A stretch of 64,000 bases of DNA from Haliotis rufescens (Eukaryota): assembly GCF_023055435.1 (NCBI RefSeq), contig NW_025963857.1, positions 29,016,001 to 29,080,000 of the forward strand, in the 5' to 3' direction. The notes under the pieces are model-generated. The model worked only from the letters and a program-made list of their open reading frames with translations. It was not told the DNA's origin and made no database searches. Every line of letters begins with the position of its first letter. Within the stretch, counting starts at the first letter, position 1. Positions 54,601 through 64,000 of this stretch are shown in pieces. A program made the position numbers and the translations under genes.

Positions 54601-54740
54601 TTTTGCCTTTACAAATGGACGAGCACCGGGGGTAGACAGGCATTCACTTCCTGGTTGTTGCCTCCCTACACTGATGATCACGTGACACAAAGTTGCTCGA
54701 TGTAAATGTAACCGATCACGTGACGCACGATTCTCACGTG
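54601..54740 (-). promoter_or_regulatory. Second cassette upstream of copy D (GC donor)
   Basis: AAG|GCAAAA (54606), ETS 54645-54654, TCACGTGA 54678-54685 and 54716-54723, extra CACGTG 54735-54740. Confidence 0.6.
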
Positions 54741-55069
54741 TGCAGATATATAAAATTGTTAGGGTTTATTTTGAAGAAACAAAACTGGAATAAGACGTCC
54801 AATGCTTCCCCTGCACCTCACACGTAAAGTACATTATGCGCCATGTTCAGATGATATGTATGAACAACACAATGCACAGTACAATAAATCATGTCAAATT
54901 CAAATTCTATTTGCAATGCTCCATTTCATAACACATGCAAAGTACTCGCCACGAGAAGAAATCATAACATCAAGCTTTGGCTTCAGTGAGAGAGTGAGAG
55001 GCGTGGAGGGAAGAAAGATTCCGGGACATGTACGTGTTCAACTCTACTGTTCCCTTTACATAATGAAGT

Positions 55070-55234
55070 GAGTGAGTGAGTATGGTTTTACGCCGCTTTT
55101 TTAGCAATATTCCAGCAATATCACGGCGGGGGACACCAAAAATGGGCTTCACACATTGTACCCATGTCGGGAATCGAACCCGGGTCTTCGGCGTGAGGAG
55201 CGAACGCTTTAACCACTAGGCTACCCGACAGCCC
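55070..55234 (-). mobile_element. SINE family 1
   Basis: 13-bp TSD TACATAATGAAGT. Confidence 0.9.
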
Positions 55235-55436
55235 TACATAATGAAGTAGTAAGAATGACAACACGGGAGATTTAATTGTATCTAATGGCCCGGTGTTGCC
55301 TGTCATTACTCGTGTACAATGTAAGTAGAAGACTGTCCTCACAGTGACTTGTAGTTTCAATGACATACAAACAGATAACATTTTGCAGATAGTATGGACC
55401 GATAAAGGTAAATAAACGTTACAGGTAATATTACTT

Positions 55437-55621
55437 GTGAGTGAGTGAGTGAGTGAGTGAGTGAGTGAGTATTTTTTACGCCGCTTTTAGCAATATTCCA
55501 GCAATATCACGGCGGGGGACACCAGAAATGGGCTTCACACATTGTACCCATGTCAGGAATCGAACCCGGGTCTTCGGCGTGACGAGCGAACGCTTTAACC
55601 ACTAGGCTATCCGACTGCCCC
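55437..55621 (-). mobile_element. SINE family 1
   Basis: Full length, expanded (GTGA)n tail. Confidence 0.85.
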
Positions 55622-56196
55622 TCATATCACTCAAATATATTAACACTAACCTGAATATGAAACAAACTTTTAACATTTGATACCCCTTTTCCTCACATTA
55701 TACATATCACCATTTGAATGTGAGTCTCACAATCATCACGTAACCCGCGGACATTCTGAGTTAAAATGGGTCCGCAGCAGCCTAAAAGGTTGTTTGAAAG
55801 AGGTGGGTAATTAGATGCCATCGTATCCCAATTGCGTAGATCGATGCTCATGATGTCAATGGCTGTATTGTCTGGTCCAGACGCGACTATTTATAAACCG
55901 ACGTAATATTACTTGGCGCTGGGCGCCACGTTAAACAACAACGACAAAAAACAAACAAAACAGCAGTGTAACTGCTTGGAGTTATGCAATATGACATGGC
56001 GAAATACCGATAAAGGGACATAACTCTGATAACACTATGCCAATGTTTGCAGCACTGTAAACAATACATTTCCCACTTCGTATGAACTACACATTACACA
56101 GTACAATAAATCATGTCAAATTCAAATTCTATTTGCAATGCTCCATTTTATAACACATGCAAAATACTCGTTTCCTGCTGAAATACATTGACTACA

Positions 56197-56679
56197 GGCA
56201 GACAGACAAATTTATTCGGTACTTTAGGCCACCGGCCCATAATACAATGGAAATATACTGTATATATATATTTGCATGCTGAGTAGATTTAATAATGATT
56301 TACCGTTCCACACTGTGTTTCCTTTCGATGTTCATGACTTGGGAGAGAAATTTACCTAAGCCTTTTATAGTGTGTTCGTTTTCAGCTGACATAAGTCTTA
56401 TAAAATTCTCAATGGAGGGAGGGGTAACGAGACGCTTGGGAAAAGAGTTTCTTCTTGCTCTAGAATACTGGTCACAAATCATAAGAACATGGAATTCATC
56501 TTCTACATGGTTATGTCCCTTTGAAAAACAGAAAGTGCAGACACGTTCATTATATGGGATGTTGTTGTGAAGCCCCAGTTCGACAGCAAGTCTGAAATTA
56601 TTACATCGGAACATGGCTATAAGTCTACCGTGGTAAGAAGACATATCACAAGTAATATATGATTCCACATTGAGTAATG
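56197..56679 (-). mobile_element. 5'-truncated LINE (RTE-X-like) 3' end
   Basis: RLAVELG..ERVCTFC..VEDEFHVLMIC motif, AATAAA plus (TCTG)n tail, 10-bp TSD ATTGACTACA; empty site at paralogous ~40535. Confidence 0.75.
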
Positions 56680-56884
56680 ATTGACTACAAACTTTACATA
56701 ACACGGTTTAGACAGGACTTGTGACCATAGCTCTGTATAAGTTTAACCTATTTTGAACTAAATACATAACTGACAAATAAACACTGATCTTTAATTAAGG
56801 AACATCGCCTTTTTAAGAATAACTAAATACGTGCTTCAACTGTAGATGACAATGTCACAAATGATGATTATTTCCGCCAGTGAC

Positions 56885-56990
56885 CCCTTGGGTAGACAGT
56901 GACCTCCTGGTTGTGGTCACCTGTCACTGATGATCACGTGATACAAAGTTGCTATGCGAGGAGGAGGTGGTGTGTGATCACCTGACGCAT
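56885..56990 (-). promoter_or_regulatory. Truncated cassette (no donor)
   Basis: gggtagacag..cctcctggttg..cactgatgaTCACGTGA (56934-56941), second box TCACCTGA. Confidence 0.45.
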
Positions 56991-57270
56991 GAAATCTGAC
57001 GTTAACAGCTGGGATCTGTCAACGGTGTTGTCACCCAGCGATACTGTATCTATATTGAATATATACATAGTTATACAACTAAACATATCTATATGAGGTT
57101 ATTTGGTGTTGTTTGGGGTGTGTCTGTGTGCTCACGTAACGCATGAAATCTGACGTTAACAGCTGGGATCTGTCAACAGTGTTCTCACCCAGCATAACTG
57201 TATCTATATTGAAATTATACATAGTTGTACAACTAAACTGATCTACATGAGGTTATTTGAAATTATTTAT

Positions 57271-57354
57271 GGGTGTGGGTGTGGGAGTGGGAGTGGGAGT
57301 GGGTGTGGGTGTGGGTGTGGGTGTGGGTGTGGGTGTGGGTGTGGGTGTGGGTGT
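57271..57354 (+). repeat. (GGGTGT)n hexamer microsatellite
   Basis: Direct observation. Confidence 0.95.
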
Positions 57355-57823
57355 GATCACTTGACGCATGGAATCTGATTGGGATTCATCATCATTATCC
57401 ATGTTATTCACTGCTTGTTAGTTTATTTCAATAACAGAAAGCACACATTTGGGGAATGGAAGTCGGTCTTTTGTGTGACAAGCACTAGCTCTAAGTGAAG
57501 ATAACATTGTACAATGATGACCATGTTTGATATGACTCATGATCGGTTTCTTCATTTCACAAGTTGTGGGGTACAAATAACCGCCTCTGTTGACAAGAGG
57601 ATGGAGCGTCTGCCCGAGTAGGGTGGTTCGACCACCTGGCACTCGGCATTCAGGGGATAACACAAGGTCTGGTCTGATGTCAAACCCAGTTTCACCTCTT
57701 CAGTGTTCGCTCCAGCTGAGCTTATAGTATCCAGTGCTAATTAGCATCATACTTTATAAGAACGTTACTTTTTCGATACGATGTATTTGTGACAATACAC
57801 CATGTAAGCAGAGGCAGTAGTGA

Positions 57824-57988
57824 GTGAGTGAGTGAGTTTGGATTTACGCCGCTTTTAGCAATATTCCAGCAATATCACGGCGGGGGACACCAGAAATGGG
57901 CTTCACACATTGTACCCATATCGGGATTCGAACCCGGGTCCTCGGCGTGACGAGCGAACGCTTTAACCACTAGGCTACCAGACCGCCC
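57824..57988 (-). mobile_element. SINE family 1
   Basis: TSD AGAGGCAGTAGTGA. Confidence 0.9.
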
Positions 57989-58078
57989 AGAGGCAGTAGT
58001 GATGTCGGACATTATCGATCGAATACCTAGTTTACGATTTCGCAGCTAGGCCTGATTCCTGTCACTTGAACCTGAATA

Positions 58079-58342
58079 GTGAGTGAGTGAGTTGGGTTTA
58101 ACGCCGTTTTTAACAGTATTCCAGTTATATCGCGGCGTGTCAGCTAATGTGGGAGGAAAGCCCGAAGTGATGCAGGTCTCAGAGAAACCCACGAGCACGG
58201 ATATGGTGCTGACAAACCTAGAAACATAATCGGTACGAACCGGGATTCGAACCCACAATCATATGTTTCTGGCACCCCAAAGGGACACAACTCGGTAGAG
58301 CGAATCGCGGCGCCTTAGACGACTGGGCCACCCGTGCCCCCA
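58079..58342 (-). mobile_element. SINE family 3 (V-domain-like; truncated copy at 60290-60490 +)
   Basis: 11-bp TSD GAACCTGAATA; A box GTGGCCCAGTCGTCTAAGGCG, B box GGTTCGAATCCC; gggtttctc..cgggctttcctcccaca resembles the V-SINE domain. Confidence 0.8.
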
Positions 58343-58809
58343 GAACCTGAATAAATGTGTCTGTATATACAGATGGTGCCATAACTTCATAATATGTTTG
58401 TGCTGCAAAGTTTAGAAAACCAAACCTGTCTGTATTGTCTTACGTGTCGACTGCAGATGGTCCGTTTCTTATTTGCTGGCTTCAGAGTGTCCCCTGTCGC
58501 CGTCGTTGAACTGCGGGTTCAAAGTGCTCTCTGATTTGTCGAGGAGATCTTACTTGTAACATTGTTGGAATGCGCAAAACCCAGTCCAACAAACGAACTC
58601 AAGACAAAACGGCCCCAAACACTTGCAAAAACGGCCCAATATCATAACTGTATAACAATATTAAAATAAATTATGAATGAGTGAGTGAGTTGGGTTTAAC
58701 TCGCTGAAAACAACGAGCACGGGTACCTGGTGCTTACAAACCAAGAAACATAATCGAGACAAATCAGCTCGTACTTACGGAGAATAATAAGCCCATAAGA
58801 TCACATGAC

Positions 58810-59370
58810 CTAAGGACAAAATAATAGCAATGATTTATGTTCAACAGCTATGACTTTGTGACAAGGAAGTGACATGAGTGGTGTCACCAGACTTTGAGGC
58901 GCTATAGGACGTTGGTGCACACGAATGTTATCCCTTACGTGTTCCTGAGCACTGAGTTCCGGATTCTCGGCTGGCCAAGTCAGCACCAGCATGCTCCCAT
59001 TCCTTAAAGCAACCACTGGTACACCAGCTGTGCGTGGGCCTGGTGGAATTCAAACCAACGACTAATCTTATGCATCTAGTATATGAGGTGCTGCGGGGTT
59101 GTGGTCGGCACGACGTTCAAATTCATCCTACATATGATCCATGAAGCTGAGATCATAACTTTTAGTTGGCTAAGGCAGTACCCAGGTACGATAAAGAACC
59201 CCTTGCCATACAACGGATGAGGTCTGTCCTGTGGCTGTAGATGGTGCCATCCATACTAATCCACCAGGTTTCACTGTCTATGCTACACTGCTGGTTTGAC
59301 TCAGCAATTTGTAAAATCGAGAATCACCCCGATTCGCTAATGCACATGAAGCCGTACCCACTAAGTTCTT
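58810..59370 (-). mobile_element. Decayed Tc1-like fragments
   Basis: LTWPAENPELSAQEHVRD motif; homology to 41700-42160. Confidence 0.55.
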
Positions 59371-60207
59371 CAACGTAGGCATTTTGGGGTAAGAATTCAT
59401 CCCCACCAACCTATGATTGTTGTGAGAAGCGACATATTGGATCGGGTGGTCAGGCTCGGTGACTTGGTGGACTGCTTCTCATGGTTCCAAACTCCATGGA
59501 TCGATACACATGATCTTTATACCAAGGAGAGCCATCATATAGCTGGAATCACTTGCTGACCGCACATTAAATGTTTGTCATCTGCAGTTATCTTGATGCT
59601 CATCACTGTCCGATGACGTTTTTTTCCTGTAGCTTGCAAACACGATTGCCAACTTTTCACCACTTAATCACCTGCAAGCGATTGTCCTAAACTCAACATT
59701 CATTTAATTATGAACTGAATCTGTGTCTTAAAGCAACGAATATTATCTGACGGTCCTCAATTTACATTTACGTCTGTGACGCATTTGGTGGTGAATGAAG
59801 GCTGACAATGACTGCTTGTTTGGAGTTCTCTCCGGATGCGTTGTTAAACTATCCCTTTCATTTAACAAACTGTTACCAGTGGTTTCTTGGAGCTCTTCGG
59901 CTATTTCTCACGTCATTCATAAGGTCAGTATGGTTCAAAAGCAAGTTATACATTACAGTAATTTACACCTGCCATTAATCAATATTATACTAAAGTGCTT
60001 TATATATTTATACTTTATTCAAAGGTAAATACTTTCACGGATTCAGAGCAGCTGACATACTTAGCTATGTCTTCAGTACGAGTTTATGAAAATATATTTC
60101 ATGGTGCTAAGTATCTCCAATGATCCATTCTTGCAGTGATCATAATAAAACACACACAAACATGCATAATCAAACATACACACACGTACATACTCTCATA
60201 CACACAC

Positions 60208-60288
60208 GTACATACATACATACATACATACATACATACATACATACATACATACATACATACATACATACATACATACATACATACA
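60208..60288 (+). repeat. (TACA)n microsatellite in the intron-1 equivalent
   Basis: Direct observation; the equivalent positions in A/B/C are N-masked. Confidence 0.95.
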
Positions 60289-61126
60289 TGTTGCGTCCCT
60301 TGGGCATGCCAGAAACCTATGATTGTGGGTTCGAATCCGGGTTCGCCCCGATTATGTTTCTAGGTTTGTCAGCACCATACCCGTGCTCGTGGGTTTCACC
60401 GAAGTGGTAAACGTCTGTGACCTGGATCACTTCGGGCTTTCCTCCCACATTAAGCTGACACGCCGTGATATAACTGGAATACTGTTAAAAANNNNNNNNN
60501 NNNNNNNNNNNNNNNNNNNNNNNNNNNNNNNNNNNNNNNNNNNNNNNNNNNNNNNNNNNNNNNNNNNNNNNNNNNNNNNNNNNNNNNNNNNNNNNNNNNN
60601 NNNNNNNNNNNNNNNNNNNNNNNNNNNNNNNNNATATATACAGACACACATACATACATACATGTATACACACACATTTATAAACACATATACATATACA
60701 CACACACAGACACACACACACACCATTTTGATTCCATGTTCAGCTACGGGTCCTGTGTCCAGTACAATGGTCTACTGATAAAGGAACATAACTCTACTAT
60801 TCATGTACAAATGTGCGACGTTAGTATAAACTATCACCACTGCATGACTCTGTTCACACTTGGATCCTAGATCTCACAAACACTTGCGATATATGGTTAC
60901 GTCGTTTTGAAGACACCTAACTGTACATTCAACATATGTTAACATGTTACACTTATTTCAACCTGCAAGTCAGGACTCGAGGAATGTTCAAGCTACTTTC
61001 GTTATTGAACTTCAATTTACCTTGATGTCGACTATATTTCAAATATATGAGTGGTTTTAACACCAGTCTGTGTGCAATGAATCCGAAAACAACATATTCC
61101 AATTGTATTTCAACAGACATCTATTG

Positions 61127-61262
61127 TGTTACCTTTACAGATACGCAACTTGGACGAGCACCCGGGGTAGACTGTTTTTCACTTCCTGGTTGTTGCCTCA
61201 GCTACACTGATGATCACGTGACATGTTTAAGCCATCGGGGAGAATGTATGTGATCACGTGGC
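61127..61262 (-). promoter_or_regulatory. Intact cassette of orphan unit E
   Basis: Donor AAG|GTAACA (61132), ETS 61180-61189, TCACGTGA 61214-61221, TCACGTG 61254-61260. Confidence 0.65.
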
Positions 61263-63534
61263 ACGCGAATCTCGTACACTGTGACACAGTTTCTCAGATC
61301 TATTGTGAGCAGTCAGCAGATATATCACGTTGTGAGAGTTTATTGTGACGAAACACTATTGGAATAACAAATACAATGCTCCCAATACAACGTCATATGT
61401 GAAGTACTGTGCGCCGTGTTCAAATACTATAATATATGAAATACACAGTACACAGTACAGTAAATCATGAAACATTCAAATTATATTTGCAATGAATCAC
61501 TTTATAAATTATTCGTTTTCTGTTGAAATAAACAGAATAAAGAAGCTGTTGTGTTGTTCTTAGCAGAGAAAATGTCAATTCTAACCACAAGAAAACTGTA
61601 GAAATTATACCTTCTCATAATGCTGCAAGTCAAAAGACATTTTTCATTATGCACATGGGATCACAAATACAAACCAGGTTTTCGCAATAATCTGGTATAA
61701 TAGAGGTAAAAACTCCAACCTGCCACTTAGCTGCAAAGCTAAACTTAGTCTTGTTTGCAGATAGTGCACTTTCACGTGTTCTCGTCTTTTCTGAGAGCTT
61801 CTTGTCCAAACATGGGGTCATGCGCTTTTCTGGTCTCTTTCTTCACAAAGTCCACTAGACTGTCAAAATTTACAGCTGTCTCCCTCTCCCCGAAGGTCTG
61901 TATAAGACCCCTGAACTTCTGATATTGACTGGGAGGGTAGTTTTCTAACTATTCTGTTAATATTCTCAGAGAAGTACTCTTACATAAGGCACACTTTGTA
62001 TAGCATTCCGACTTTCACACAGGAAAATTGAGAAATCATCAAGTGCCAACTCACACTGAAACATATTTCTTCATGGTCACCTTTCGATTGCATAAATACT
62101 ACATTTGTGATTGGCCAGTCACTGTGATTCTTTTGTTCGTCATTTTATATATGTAGTGGTTCCCGGGTTCGATTCCCCACATTGGTACACTGTGTTTAGC
62201 CCATTTCTGTTGTCCCCAGCCGTGACATTGATGGAATATTGCTAAAAACGGCGTAAAACTACACTCACTCTTTGATAACAGAGATACATTAAATAGAAGG
62301 GAACAATGAACTTTTCTTGAAAACCACTAAATTCCCCCATATATACCGTTTTGTTAATTAAATCTGGCCAAGAATCGGCATTCAATATATTGAATATCAT
62401 TTAACAAACATGTCTTTCTAATTTAGATTACTATCACCCAGTGGGCGTGCAATTTTTGTGTTCTGTAACCATGCCAACGGTTTCTACCTAGCATCACGCC
62501 TTACCTTGACATTATGTAAACGGATGCAAATTACAAATGCATAACTGTTACAAATAATAAAGATGCAGTGTTACACGAAATCAGTTTTATCGTGACCATG
62601 TGTATATTGGCCAGAGAGGTTATAACATTTTCTGTTACAATATGCAAACAAGTATTCAAGGTTAATACCCACATGATACCAAAAGAATCAAAGCTAATTA
62701 TTTGTTTCCAGAATGACAAGGAACAAATAAATTCAGCGATCAAGGTAAACGTCCATTATACTCCTTCAGCACATAGTTTCTCCCCACACAATATACCTGT
62801 GTATGTATCCGACATGAATGAAGACGCTACACCTTAAGCAGCGACGTCTGATGTCAGCTGTTATATAGGTTAGAGAGGTAGGTTCGGGATACGACCTCTA
62901 AGTGGGATATTCATTTTAAACTATAAACTCGGCTTGAATTCAGACTAGTGCAAGCACAGAGAGAGAGATGGAGAGAGAGAGAGAGAGAGGGGGGGGGGGG
63001 GGGGGGGGGGGAGAGAGAGAGTTGCACGTACGTCGCAATATAAGTGCAATAATCTTGAACGCGACGTTGAACCCAATTTCACCTGACCTCAACTCGTAAA
63101 CACTTTTACACTGAATGACACCGACACCGACATATCAGCTGTTAATGCACGGACGTTGAATCAATACTGACTAGACGAACACAGTGTCGTTATGGTTACA
63201 TCATGAATGTGTGTGTGTCGCGTAAAATATGCTTAGAAAGAAGGAAGACAGCTTGTAATTATAGAACAAAGTAACTACGCTGTTATATGGAATAATCAGT
63301 TTTAAACTCCATCATATTTCTCATGTCAACACCAACACATTTACTAGTTCTTCCATAGTTACGTCCCTTATGCAGACCACATCCCGAATCCCGNNNNNNN
63401 NNNNNNNNNNNNNNNNNNNNNNNNNNNNNNNNNNNNNNNNNNNNNNNNNNNNNNNNNNNNNNNNNNNNNNNNNNNNNNNNNNNNNNNNNNNNNNNNNNNN
63501 NNNNNNNNNNNNNNNNNNNNNNNNNNNNNNNNNN

Positions 63535-63671
63535 CCCTTTATGCCGAGCGCCAGATAGGGTAACAACAAGTACCATCTTTTAACGTCTTTTGGTATGACG
63601 CGGCCGGGGATCGAACCCCGGACCTTCCGCTCTCCGGGCGGACGCTCTACCACTAGACCACGGAGGCGGTC
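63535..63671 (-). mobile_element. SINE family 2, 5' part
   Basis: Near-consensus head and body. Confidence 0.8.
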
Positions 63672-64000
63672 CCACCATGATATTAACTGACATAATGTTC
63701 AAAGAGGCGTTAAAATCAATTCAGTCTCTAACTCTGTTCCTCAACAGGACAGTAATTTCTGCCACTACTGATGACAGATAATGTATACATTTGAAGGTGC
63801 TAATTGCATTTTTTAATGAATTGATTTTCATATTTCGTCCAATGACCACCACAAACGACGTCTTACTGTTTGCAGTGGTAGTTAGTAACCACACGGGAAT
63901 CGATCAAGTGTTACCTGAGTAAACTAAACACATGAAAAGGACAAATACGTGGATGTTGTTAATCAAATGCAGAAATATATCTTTCTGAGTCCACCTAAAT

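Larger units (their letters stand above)
60059..61600 (-). pseudogene. Orphan TRIM 5' region (copy E): promoter cassette plus intron 1, with acceptor and all coding exons missing
   Basis: From ~60059 near-identical to the intron-1 sequence at 26524 onward and 34135 onward; homology stops ~20 bp short of the acceptor and no RING exon follows. Confidence 0.75.

Overview
AT-rich animal (eukaryotic) genomic DNA; the repeat types suggest a mollusc, possibly a gastropod (inference). The window is a tandem birth-and-death cluster of minus-strand TRIM E3-ligase genes (RING + two B-boxes + coiled coil + NHL-like beta-propeller). It holds two intact 651-aa copies (A: 11570-9394; C: 34094-31910) and one disabled copy (B: 26500-24367). 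A divergent, NHL-less 379-aa copy (D: 49193-47882) sits just upstream of a decayed NHL exon, and a fifth 5' region (E, from ~60059) has lost its coding exons. Each ATG lies 2 nt after a splice acceptor, so a non-coding first exon is implied. The most striking unannotated structure is a ~140-bp module repeated at least 11 times, always in gene orientation and up to 3 per gene. On the minus strand it reads: paired TCACGTGA E-boxes 38-40 bp apart, an ETS site (CCAGGAAGTG), ~50 nt, then a splice donor AAG|GTAA. I interpret it as an array of alternative promoter/first-exon cassettes. The rest is transposon debris: a mariner with an in-frame deletion, Tc1 relics, BEL/Pao, R4/Dong-like and RTE-X-like fragments, four SINE families, and mini/microsatellites. 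The N-runs appear to be masked simple repeats.
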